Shown piece by piece: positions 1-8,986 of a stretch of 32,846 nucleotides of DNA. Location: NCBI GenBank assembly GCA_913031525.1, contig CAJWGC010000001.1:1-32846 (forward strand). The letters run 5' to 3'. The DNA comes from an uncultured Acidimicrobiia bacterium. Its GTDB lineage: Bacteria > Actinomycetota > Acidimicrobiia > Spongiisociales > UBA5794. The notes under the pieces are model-generated. The model did no database searches and was not told where the DNA came from. It saw only the letters and a program-made list of their open reading frames with translations. Position numbers and translations under genes: made by a program. Each line of letters opens with the position of its first letter. Position 1 is the first letter of the stretch.

Positions 1-833
1 TAGGATCAATTTCTTGTCTATCTGAAAAAGATTACATCATCACTCACTACAGAGATCATGGCCACGCTTTAGCAAGAGGAATAAACCCAAAAAACATTAT
101 GAGTGAACTAATGGGGAAGTCTGATGGAACAAGTGCTGGCAAAGGTGGATCGATGCACATCATCGATACCGACCTCGGCGTTTTAGGAGCCAACGGAATT
201 GTCGGCGGCGGCATCCCCATGGCTACTGGAGCCGCTCTCGCTGATGTAGTTCTCGGTCGTGATGGAGTCACTGTGTGTTTCTTTGGCGATGGAGCAGCCA
301 ATCAAGGCGTATTAATGGAGGCCCTCAACCTTTCAGCAATCTGGAGCCTGCCCGTGATCTTCTTATGCGAAGCGAACTTCTATACGGAATGGACGCCCAC
401 CACCGATATCACTGCCGGACGCATCTACGAACGAGGTAAGCCTTTCGGCGTTCCCTCTTACGAAGTCGACGGTAATGACGTCCTCGAGGTACGTCGAATC
501 GTTGGGGAAGCTGCGGAACGAGCCAGACAAGGAGAAGGACCAACCATCATCGAAGCCATCACTTACCGCCATTCCGGCCACAGCGAGGGCGAGTCGGCCT
601 TCTCTGGTTCCTACCGAGATGAGGACGAGATTGAGAGCTGGAAAGCACGTGATCCGATCATCATGTTTCGTAATCGTCTCGTAGAACAGTTCGGCGTCGC
701 ATTAGACGAAATCGATGAGATCGACGAACGAGAGCGAGCCCGGGTGGAAGATGCTGTGGAATTCGCCGAAGGGAGTCCGCTGCCGGATCCTGAGGAAGTG
801 CTTAACCACGTTTTCGTTGAGAAAGGTTCGTAG
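1..833 (+). CDS. ThDP-dependent 2-oxoacid/acetoin dehydrogenase E1 component, alpha subunit (5'-truncated by the window edge)
   Basis: The frame is open from base 3. The translation reads GSISCLSEKDYIITHYRDHGHALARG..GKGGSMH..CFFGDGAANQG..EANFY..YRHSGHS, a typical E1 alpha with its ThDP-binding motif. The ORF-track ATG at 99 is internal. Confidence 0.9.
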   Translation, partial: GSISCLSEKDYIITHYRDHGHALARGINPKNIMSELMGKSDGTSAGKGGSMHIIDTDLGVLGANGIVGGGIPMATGAALADVVLGRDGVTVCFFGDGAANQGVLMEALNLSAIWSLPVIFLCEANFYTEWTPTTDITAGRIYERGKPFGVPSYEVDGNDVLEVRRIVGEAAERARQGEGPTIIEAITYRHSGHSEGESAFSGSYRDEDEIESWKARDPIIMFRNRLVEQFGVALDEIDEIDERERARVEDAVEFAEGSPLPDPEEVLNHVFVEKGS

Positions 834-834
834 C

Positions 835-1824
835 GTGGCAAAGACCTTCTTTGTTGCAGCGATGAACCAGGCCCTCGCCATTGCCATGGAAGAAGACAGC
901 ACCGTGATTGCCCTAGGAGAGGACATCGACAGAAGCATCTTCGGTGTAACGAAAGGCCTCATCGACGTTCACGGACCAAACCGGATCCGGAAAACTCCTA
1001 TATCAGAGGCGACGTTTGTTGGAAGCGCGATCGGCGCGGCTGCATCAGGATTGCGCCCATTCGTGAACGTCATGTTCTCTAGCTTTTTCTATGTAGCAAT
1101 GGATCAAATCGCCAATCAGGCAGCCCGGCTCCGTTATATGTCAGGCGGGCAACTCCACCTGCCCATCGTCTATTTCGCCGGCACGGGTCTTGCTGGTTCG
1201 GCAGCAGCCCAACACTCGGAGAACCCGCACGCCATTCTTATGCAAACTGGGGGGCTTAAGGTCGTCATGCCTTCTACGCCACACGACGCTAAAGGATTGC
1301 TTCTGGCATCTATCCGAGACGACAACCCGGTGATTTTCTTAAGCGATCTCAGACTCTCTCGCCAACGTGCTGAAGTACCGGAAGAGCCTTTCGAAGTTCC
1401 CCTGGGAAAGGGTGATATCAAACGTAGTGGTAACGACGTCACAGTGGTAGCGCTGGGATCGATCATTCACACAGCGTTAGCAGCCGCGTCCAATCTTGAA
1501 AAAGAAGGCATTTCCGTAGAAATCGTCGATCCTCGTAGCCTCGTTCCGTTCGATTGGGAAACATTGGCTTTATCTGTGCATAAGACTGGCCGACTGGTTG
1601 TTGCGGATCCTGCTCGAAAACTGTGTGGCCTAGCCGCTGAGGTGATCGCTGGTGTTACCGAAAGATGCTGGAAGTCGCTGCGTTCGCAGCCGATCCGGCT
1701 CACTTGGCCAGACGTTCCCGTTCCGTTTAGCCCTACTCTGGAAGCAGCGCTCGATATAACAGCTACCGATATCGAACGGGCGATCCGAACCTCGATGGCG
1801 AGCGAAAATCCAGCAAACGGATGA
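835..1824 (+). CDS. 2-oxoacid/acetoin dehydrogenase E1 component, beta subunit
   Basis: The sequence AMNQALAIAMEEDSTVIALGEDI..GVTKGL..RIRKTPISEATFVGSAIGAAASGLRP is a typical E1 beta (transketolase-like Pyr and C-terminal domains). I place the start at GTG 835, one nt after the E1 alpha stop and preceded by GAGAAAGG. ORF-track ATG 715 lies inside the alpha gene. Confidence 0.88.
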   Translation: MAKTFFVAAMNQALAIAMEEDSTVIALGEDIDRSIFGVTKGLIDVHGPNRIRKTPISEATFVGSAIGAAASGLRPFVNVMFSSFFYVAMDQIANQAARLRYMSGGQLHLPIVYFAGTGLAGSAAAQHSENPHAILMQTGGLKVVMPSTPHDAKGLLLASIRDDNPVIFLSDLRLSRQRAEVPEEPFEVPLGKGDIKRSGNDVTVVALGSIIHTALAAASNLEKEGISVEIVDPRSLVPFDWETLALSVHKTGRLVVADPARKLCGLAAEVIAGVTERCWKSLRSQPIRLTWPDVPVPFSPTLEAALDITATDIERAIRTSMASENPANG

Positions 1825-1843
1825 CTGCAGTAAAGGGGAAACG

Positions 1844-2077
1844 ATGCAAGTAGTCCTGCCCAAATGGGGAGTCTCCATGCAAGATGCCATCTTGGTCCGA
1901 TGGCTGAAACAGGTTGGAGACACAGTGGAAAAAGGAGATCCGATCGCTGAGTTCGAAACTGACAAGGTCGAGGTCGAGCTCGAATCTCCTATGTCCGGCA
2001 GGGTAGAACGGCTGTTCTTCGAAGAAGACGACACTGTCGACGTGGGAGCAGTCGTCGCTGAAATCACGGAGACCTAA
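1844..2077 (+). CDS. Free-standing lipoyl-attachment domain protein (77 aa), i.e. the E2 lipoyl domain only
   Basis: It has the lipoyl-lysine motif AEFETDKVEVELESPMSG in a roughly 75-aa biotin/lipoyl hybrid-barrel-sized ORF. An AAGGGGA SD lies 6 nt upstream. Its stop is 3 nt before the next ATG, so there is no room for an E2 catalytic domain. Confidence 0.85.
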   Translation: MQVVLPKWGVSMQDAILVRWLKQVGDTVEKGDPIAEFETDKVEVELESPMSGRVERLFFEEDDTVDVGAVVAEITET

Positions 2078-2080
2078 GCG

Positions 2081-3721
2081 ATGGCAGCATCGTACACGGG
2101 TGGAGATCTCGTCGTAGATTTACTAGCGGCAAAAGGAGTTGAGCGCATCTTTTCGGTCTCTGGCGGACCGATCAACGCGCTGTACCACGGAACCGTAGGT
2201 CGTCCCGTTCGCATCGTTCACACCCGCCACGAAGCCGCAGCGGCGTTTATGGCTGAAGGCACGGGAAGGGCCACGCGGATCCCAGGAGTATGCGCCGTAA
2301 CGCTCGGTCCTGCCATAACAAACACCGTCACAGCCGCTCTGGTCGGAACAAGAGCAGGGGTTCCATTTCTGATCATCGGCGGCCAAGCTCCGGTCGCTGT
2401 CCTCGATAAAGAGGCAATAATGTCGTTCGACCATCTTCCGATCATGGCCCCCGTCACGAAGTACGCAGCGAGAGTTTTAGATACGGACCGGATCGAAGAG
2501 TATGTGGAGACGGCATGGCGAATCATGCTGGCTGGACGACCAGGCCCGGCGTTCTTAGAAATACCGGTAGACATACTCGGAGGCCCTGCGCGCTCTCCCT
2601 CTATGGCCGATCGCGAAGATGCTGGATCAGGACCCGGGCTCAATCCAGACGATAACAAAGAGCTCTCTCGGATCATCGCTGCTTCGCGTCGACCATTCTT
2701 GATTGCGGGTGACGATGTGCACTGGTCTGATGCAGGAGCCGAACTTGCAGAAACCATTGATCACTTCAATGCACCGTTCTTTACGGCACGGCTGAGTCGA
2801 GGAGCCATCGATGAAAAAGACCCACGATGGGCTGGCGTCGGCTATCTCGGTGGCAACCCGGCATTGCGCGAGGCTATGGCTTCAGCTGACCTCGTAGTCC
2901 TCGTCGGCCATGATATGGAGGCTGGTCTAGGTTATGGCGATTTGATTTCGAAGAGTGCCACGATCGTCCACTGCCACCCAGATGCAGCAATCGTGGGCAG
3001 ATACCTTCGCCCAAACCTAGGCATCGTGGCAAGATCCGACATCGTACTGAGAGCAATAACTGCCGGGCCGTCACCAAAGAGAGATAGAGACTGGTGCGAT
3101 CGAATAGTCACCATGTGGAACGATGAATGGTCACGGATCGACGCCCTAGGCAACGAAGCAAACAATGGCATCCATCCCGCTCGACTGACCACGTTGCTTG
3201 AAGCGGCCGTTCCCGCCAATACGACCTTTGTCACTTCCCACGGCAACATCGATTTCTGGGCTGATGCAGCGCTACGCATATCACCGCCGGGCCGATACAT
3301 GCGCGCCGGCCAATCAGGTGCACTGGGAGCTGAGATACCGTTTGGAATCGCTGCCAAAATGGAAGATCCAAATCAAACAGTGATTGTCATCGTCGGAGAT
3401 GGTGGTTTTGGATTTCACGGGCTCGAGTTGGAGACCGCTATCCGATATGGAGTTCCACTGGTCATCGTCATCTATGACGATGCTAAATGGGGTGCAATCG
3501 CGCTGCCTCAAGGTCGTTCCTACGGAAATGAGGTCGAGATGGATCTACCACACCGTTCGTGGACCGAAGTAGCAGAAGCATTAGGAGGCTACGGCGAATA
3601 CGTGAGTAGCGAAGACCAGGTAGCACCCGCTTTGGAACGGGCACTCTCTTCTGGCCTACCTGCTGTCCTCCAAGTCCAAGTCCGAAGCGTTGAATCGCCC
3701 TACGTAAGGTTCCATTCCTGA
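2081..3721 (+). CDS. ThDP-dependent enzyme of the acetolactate synthase / oxalyl-CoA decarboxylase / benzoylformate decarboxylase superfamily
   Basis: The N-terminal Pyr domain reads GGDLVVDLLAAKGVERIFSVSGGPI..HEAAAAFMAEG, with the catalytic Glu in HEAAA. The C-terminal PP domain reads IVGDGGFGFHGLELETAIRYGVPLVIVIYDD. At 546 aa it has the standard three-domain length. Confidence 0.85.
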   Translation: MAASYTGGDLVVDLLAAKGVERIFSVSGGPINALYHGTVGRPVRIVHTRHEAAAAFMAEGTGRATRIPGVCAVTLGPAITNTVTAALVGTRAGVPFLIIGGQAPVAVLDKEAIMSFDHLPIMAPVTKYAARVLDTDRIEEYVETAWRIMLAGRPGPAFLEIPVDILGGPARSPSMADREDAGSGPGLNPDDNKELSRIIAASRRPFLIAGDDVHWSDAGAELAETIDHFNAPFFTARLSRGAIDEKDPRWAGVGYLGGNPALREAMASADLVVLVGHDMEAGLGYGDLISKSATIVHCHPDAAIVGRYLRPNLGIVARSDIVLRAITAGPSPKRDRDWCDRIVTMWNDEWSRIDALGNEANNGIHPARLTTLLEAAVPANTTFVTSHGNIDFWADAALRISPPGRYMRAGQSGALGAEIPFGIAAKMEDPNQTVIVIVGDGGFGFHGLELETAIRYGVPLVIVIYDDAKWGAIALPQGRSYGNEVEMDLPHRSWTEVAEALGGYGEYVSSEDQVAPALERALSSGLPAVLQVQVRSVESPYVRFHS

Positions 3722-3841
3722 CTTCTGCAGAAACAACCGTATTCGAAGTTACCGATCGATCGACATTGAGTATCGCGTTCTCATACGAGCCCGTACGTTT
3801 CTAAACAATACGAGTTTCCTGTTATCGATACGGTTCAGCGA

Positions 3842-4798
3842 TCAGACCAGGACCGGATTGATCGGATCAGTGCCTTCTAACACTCTCGCCACGTCTTCGA
3901 TCACAGACATCTGTGTCTTTCTTTGTGCCTCGAAAGTCCACCCTCCGATATGCGGAGTGAGCACGACATTGTCCATCTCGATCAAGGGGCTCTCATGCGA
4001 AAGCGGCTCTTCTTCAAAGACGTCTAACCCTGCACCAGCGATTTGCTTATCCCGTAAGGCATCAATAAGGGCCGCTTCGTCAATAACCGACCCCCTAGAA
4101 GTATTGATCAAAAACGCATCCGAAGACATGGCGGATAGCTGCTCTGCGCCGATGATGTGATGAGTCTCGGAGGTGAGTGGCGTATGCACCGATACGTAAT
4201 CGCTGGCTATCAAGATCTTGTCGAGATCCGCCGATAAAGCCCCGGTGTCGTTGATCTCATCATCAGACAGGTATGGATCATATGCGAAAGTAGTCATCCC
4301 AAAAGCGATAGCTCGCTTCGCAAGTTGGCGCCCGATCGCTCCGAATCCCACGATTCCAAGCGTGCGCCCAGCGAGACTCTGACCCATGAACATCTGAGGC
4401 GCAGACCAACGCCCGTTACGGACTGCCGCGTCTCCACGTATGACATTTCGGGCCAAGTTGAGAATCAGGGCGAAAGCATGATCAGCGACAGCGGCATCTT
4501 GGGCACCCGCCGCGTTCACTACGCACACTCCTCGGGCATTCGCAGCAGCCACGTCGACTTGGTCCATGCCAATACCAATCCTGCCGATCACTTTAAGTTT
4601 GCTCGAAGCTTCCAATACCTCATCCGATATAAGAAGAGTGGAGAGCTGAAACATCAGTGCAGATGCCTCACCGACGACTCTAGGTAGGTCCTGCTGGGCA
4701 AGTCCCTCTGTCACTTTTATAACGCCGACCTGTTCGAGACGTTGACGACCGTCAACTGAAAAAGCGATGTCATCTAAAAGAAGGATCTGTGGTGTCAT
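3842..4798 (-). CDS. D-isomer-specific 2-hydroxyacid dehydrogenase family protein (PGDH/GHPR-like), NAD(P)-binding
   Basis: It has the Rossmann motif GRTLGIVGFGAIGRQLAKRA. Catalytic-region motifs are SVHTPLT, NTSRG..ID and LDVFEEEP..LTPHIGG. Confidence 0.88.
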   Translation of the reverse strand: MTPQILLLDDIAFSVDGRQRLEQVGVIKVTEGLAQQDLPRVVGEASALMFQLSTLLISDEVLEASSKLKVIGRIGIGMDQVDVAAANARGVCVVNAAGAQDAAVADHAFALILNLARNVIRGDAAVRNGRWSAPQMFMGQSLAGRTLGIVGFGAIGRQLAKRAIAFGMTTFAYDPYLSDDEINDTGALSADLDKILIASDYVSVHTPLTSETHHIIGAEQLSAMSSDAFLINTSRGSVIDEAALIDALRDKQIAGAGLDVFEEEPLSHESPLIEMDNVVLTPHIGGWTFEAQRKTQMSVIEDVARVLEGTDPINPVLV

Positions 4799-4890
4799 CG
4801 AATTCGGTCGCTTACTCTAACGCTCGAAGAGGCTACGTCGCTGTACAGGAAATTCCTGGAACAAAGCTGAAATACGCCTCGGAGGTACTC

Positions 4891-6153
4891 ATGAAACGTA
4901 TCGATGCCGACATTCTCATCCCTGGTCAAGGCACTCCGGTGCCGAACGGTACCGTCATTATCGAAGGAACCTCGATCAGCTATGCAGGCCCTACCGCGGA
5001 GGCTCCATCTCTTCCACACATCGACAGCTACAGAGTGCCAACCGTGATGCCAGGTATGTGGGATTGCCACGCGCACTTCTTCGGAACAGAAGGTGCAGAC
5101 CTGACTTATTTGGCCACAACACCGACCCCTGTCAGCGCGGTCAGAGCAGCTCGCGATGCTCACACGTTGCTAATGGCCGGTTTCACTAGCGCCCGAGAAA
5201 TGGGAGGCATCGGGGTCTATCTCACTCGCCTTATCGAAGAAGGAACAATTGTAGGACCGAATATCTATGGAGCAGGGGGTGCACTCGGACCCACAGGAGG
5301 CCATAGCGACATCCATTGGATGCCGGAATCATGGCGCGATGACTTGGCAGCTTCTGGAAAGGGATGGGTCACTGTGTGCGATGGCGTGGAAGCGTGCATA
5401 AAAGCAGTGCGACAGCAGCTCCGCATCGGAGCGCAGATCATCAAGATCAACGCTACGGGGGGAACAATGAGCATGTTCGATAACCCAAACCATCGCCAGT
5501 TCAACGATGCAGAACTGCGAGCGATCGTCAACGAGGCAGCACTAGCTGAACTCGCGGTTGGTGCTCATTGCCACGGAGTATCCGGAATCGTGGCTGCCGC
5601 GAAAGCAGGTGTTACAACAATCGAACACAACAGCATGATGGACGAACCGACCGCGGAACTTCTACTCGAGATGGGAACCATGGTGGTACCCACTCGTCAT
5701 GCGGTGGATTTTATCCTCTCGCTTAAAGGACAGATACCGAACGAATTCTGGGAGGCGGAAGCCGCATTCGCGGAAAAGCATTGGCGATCACTCGAACTCG
5801 CCATAGAAGCTGGTATTCCAATAGCAGTAGGTGCAGATATTATGCAGAGCGGCGATCCGTGGGGCACAAACGGCAAGGAAGTTGCTACTTTCGTAGAAGC
5901 AGGGATGACTCACCTAGAAGCCATCGAGGCAGCTACCGCCAACGGACCACTCACCCTCGGACCTCGAGCCCCGCAATCTGGAATCCTCAAAGAAGGCTAT
6001 GACGCTGATGTGATAGCCATCGATACCAATCCGCTAAAAGACATCACGGCACTAGGAAACCCTCAGCGAGTCACGATGGTCTGGAAAGGTGGGAATCTCG
6101 TCAAGGAGCCCGAGCAGCACTCACCAGTTTTCCCTAGCATGGCACCAGCATGA
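4891..6153 (+). CDS. Metal-dependent amidohydrolase superfamily protein (imidazolonepropionase / Xaa-Pro dipeptidase-like clade)
   Basis: The HxH metal motif is MPGMWDCHAHF. A candidate carboxylated Lys lies in IIKINATGG, followed by AHCHG and the C-terminal GYDADVIAID. I place the start at ATG 4891, preceded by GGAGG. ORF-track start 4789 overlaps the divergent gene. Confidence 0.82.
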   Translation: MKRIDADILIPGQGTPVPNGTVIIEGTSISYAGPTAEAPSLPHIDSYRVPTVMPGMWDCHAHFFGTEGADLTYLATTPTPVSAVRAARDAHTLLMAGFTSAREMGGIGVYLTRLIEEGTIVGPNIYGAGGALGPTGGHSDIHWMPESWRDDLAASGKGWVTVCDGVEACIKAVRQQLRIGAQIIKINATGGTMSMFDNPNHRQFNDAELRAIVNEAALAELAVGAHCHGVSGIVAAAKAGVTTIEHNSMMDEPTAELLLEMGTMVVPTRHAVDFILSLKGQIPNEFWEAEAAFAEKHWRSLELAIEAGIPIAVGADIMQSGDPWGTNGKEVATFVEAGMTHLEAIEAATANGPLTLGPRAPQSGILKEGYDADVIAIDTNPLKDITALGNPQRVTMVWKGGNLVKEPEQHSPVFPSMAPA

Positions 6154-7697
6154 CTCTCGCAGAGAGCAACCCCGACGTCATTGTGATCGGAGCTGGATCC
6201 GCGGGTGCGGTGGTTGCCGCCCGGTTGAGCGAAGATCCCTCTTGCAACGTGCTCCTGCTCGAAGCCGGAATGAACTTCTCCTCGGCAGAAACTCCCTGGA
6301 ATATACGTAGCCCTAATCCTGCCCACATCATCTCCGATCCGAATTATCACTGGCCAGGACTCGTTGCGCGTCGCACCACAGTTCAGGATCCATCGTTGTA
6401 TTGGCGTGGAAGAGGAGTAGGAGGAAGCTCCACAATCAACGGACAGATAGCCATTCAGGCGATGCTGGAAGACTACGACACATGGAATCTGAAGGGATGG
6501 TCTGGCGCTGATTTAACACCCGCGATAGCGCGAATGGAGACAGATCTCGACTTTGGTGTAGAGGATTTCCACGGAGATTCTGGACCGATCCCGATCTATA
6601 GAACACCGCAGAAAGAATGGGGTGCGGTAGATATCGCATTGCGAGATGCTGCGTTCTCGCTGGGTCACGTGTGGCATCCCGATCACAACGCGCCTGGATC
6701 TAGTGGAGTATCGACATACGCGATCAACAGCAGAGACGGGCAACGCGTATCGACCAACGACGCCTATCTTGAACCAGCTCGAGGCCGGTCCAACCTCACC
6801 ATCCGCGACAAGGCTCTTGTTGATCGCGTCATCATCAAAAACGGGAGAGTCACCGGAGTGCAAGCGATCGTCGACCAGAGCTACTCGGTGTTCACGGCAA
6901 ACGAAGTGATCCTATGCGCTGGAGTGATGCACAGCCCGGCCATCCTTCAACGATCGGGGATCGGACCATCTTCTCTCCTTACCTCGCTCGAGTTAGATAT
7001 CGTGGCCGATCTGCCGGTAGGGCATGGACTCCAAGATCATCCGACTATCTGGCTGATGTTGGATCTTAAGGAAGAGGCCAGAGCAACCTCGCCCGACACC
7101 CGCCATACCAACTGCTGCGTGCGATACGGATCGGGAGCTGCGAATAACGTGGCTAACGACACACTCATCCTATCCATGAATCTGAGCGGCTACAGCGATG
7201 AAGGATTTGAAACGGGAATCATTGAACTCTGTGTTATGGAGAGCGACTCTCGAGGAAGAGTACAAATAACCACACGAGACAGCAGAGTGGACCCTCAAGT
7301 GGACTTTCACATGCTATCCGACTATCGAGATCTGGACCGGCTGAGAGCAGGAGCGCGGCACCTCATGGAGCTATCTGATACCGATGCAGTCCGCTCCATC
7401 GCTACTGGCTCCAGACTTGGCCCTGTCGCCCTAGAAATAGACCCTGATTGGCCCGATGAGAAATTGGACCCTTGGTTGATGCAAACTTGCCTCGACGCTC
7501 AACATGCCTCGGGTACCTGCCGAATGGGCAAACCTGACGACTCATCTACGGTTGTGGATACATCGTGCCGAGTACTCGGTATCGACGGACTCCGGGTCAT
7601 TGACACTTCGATCATGCCAAAGATCCCACGAGCTAATACTCACCTGCCCACTGTCACTATCGCCGAACACGCGGCAGCTCTAATCACAACCGAATAA
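6150..7697 (+). CDS. GMC-family FAD-dependent oxidoreductase (choline/alcohol dehydrogenase-like)
   Basis: The N-terminal FAD fold is DVIVIGAGSAGAVVAARLSED. The GMC signature region reads GRGVGGSSTINGQ. The C-terminal HASGTCRMG and the DTSIMP active-site region are present. An ATGA overlap with the upstream stop suggests translational coupling. Confidence 0.9.
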   Translation: MTLAESNPDVIVIGAGSAGAVVAARLSEDPSCNVLLLEAGMNFSSAETPWNIRSPNPAHIISDPNYHWPGLVARRTTVQDPSLYWRGRGVGGSSTINGQIAIQAMLEDYDTWNLKGWSGADLTPAIARMETDLDFGVEDFHGDSGPIPIYRTPQKEWGAVDIALRDAAFSLGHVWHPDHNAPGSSGVSTYAINSRDGQRVSTNDAYLEPARGRSNLTIRDKALVDRVIIKNGRVTGVQAIVDQSYSVFTANEVILCAGVMHSPAILQRSGIGPSSLLTSLELDIVADLPVGHGLQDHPTIWLMLDLKEEARATSPDTRHTNCCVRYGSGAANNVANDTLILSMNLSGYSDEGFETGIIELCVMESDSRGRVQITTRDSRVDPQVDFHMLSDYRDLDRLRAGARHLMELSDTDAVRSIATGSRLGPVALEIDPDWPDEKLDPWLMQTCLDAQHASGTCRMGKPDDSSTVVDTSCRVLGIDGLRVIDTSIMPKIPRANTHLPTVTIAEHAAALITTE

Positions 7698-7802
7698 CTC
7701 GTTACATCTGGCATCTATATTCGGACCACTCTTGTCACGAAAGAGATCGATCTGATAAGAACCAACGATCGCGGCTGACTTCTATGTCGCTGGTTGAAAC
7801 CC

Positions 7803-8780
7803 TTAGCCAAGGATATTGGTCAAGTCTTCGACCGTCACATTGCCGCCGGAGATGATAAGCAGCACCCTCTTACCAGAAACTGGGATCCGACCCTTGAGAA
7901 GAGCAGCAAGTGGAACGGCCGAGGTTGGTTCGACAATGAGCTTCAAGATCCGGAGGGAATAATTGAGCGCCTCAATAACATCTTCTTCTCCGACCACTCC
8001 GACGCCATCAAGGTATCGAGAAAAAACTTTCCAAGGTTCATTACCGATAGCTGTTTTACGCATCGCGTCGACAAAAGTCTCAGGAGGAGGAATGGTGACA
8101 ATTTTTCCCTCACGCAAGCTACGAGCTGCGGCATCAGTCTGAGTAGTTTCGGCTCCGTAAACCAAAACATCATCAGTGGCCAGCTCCTTGGCAGTTACAG
8201 CGTTGCCGGCAAGCAAGCCGCCGCCGCCGATAGGAGCAATAAGAATGTCGAATGTTCGACCAGCGTTGATGACCTCCAACGTCGAAGTACCTTGTCCCGC
8301 TATCACGCTTGGATCATCGAACGGTGGAACCAACACGGCACCTTCTGCAATTGCATACTCTTCGGCCATCGATACCCGATCCTCAACATGGCGATCATAA
8401 GAAATCAGAGTGGCCCCTCGCTCCTCTAGCGCCATTCTCTTGTAGTTGCTGATGTCCTTTGGAATAAACACGGTGCAGGGAAGGTCGAACATCTCGCCAG
8501 CAATTGCAACAGCATTTCCGTGATTTCCTGACGAATAAGCGACAACACGCCGTGGACGTTCTTCTTCAAGGGAGAGCCGAATCCGATTGTACGCGCCGCG
8601 GAACTTGAAAGCTCCACCCTTTTGCATAGAATCGAGCTTCAGCATTACTTCTGCTGCTCCAATCTCAGCGGCAAGGTCGACACACGAAATCAGTGGAGTG
8701 AACGGAACAACGCGAGCCAGAGCGTCTGCTGCAGCTTGAACATCGGCACCAGTGATCAATGGTCCGTTCCTCACAAGCAA
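7803..8780 (-). CDS. PLP-dependent (fold type II) serine/threonine dehydratase family protein, catalytic domain only (no ACT regulatory domain)
   Basis: The PLP-lysine motif is GGAFKFRGAYN, with SSGNHGNAVA and the glycine loop PIGGGGLLAG. The start is uncertain: TTG 8780 or GTG 8774. Confidence 0.85.
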   Translation of the reverse strand: MLVRNGPLITGADVQAAADALARVVPFTPLISCVDLAAEIGAAEVMLKLDSMQKGGAFKFRGAYNRIRLSLEEERPRRVVAYSSGNHGNAVAIAGEMFDLPCTVFIPKDISNYKRMALEERGATLISYDRHVEDRVSMAEEYAIAEGAVLVPPFDDPSVIAGQGTSTLEVINAGRTFDILIAPIGGGGLLAGNAVTAKELATDDVLVYGAETTQTDAAARSLREGKIVTIPPPETFVDAMRKTAIGNEPWKVFSRYLDGVGVVGEEDVIEALNYSLRILKLIVEPTSAVPLAALLKGRIPVSGKRVLLIISGGNVTVEDLTNILG

Positions 8781-8986
8781 AAGACTAAATCAGATCAGTC
8801 CATTCCCGCACTCAATGAAAATGAGATCACTCCTGTCATGCTTCGCTACAAGGACCGTGGTACCGGTAAACGGTCCTCTAGTGATAACTCAAATAATGCC
8901 AAAGCAAAGCTGAACTCGCAGCCACATGGAAGCTGCATAAAGAACAGCAAATCAATAGGGTCGCGCACCTTGCGATCGCACTCGGA

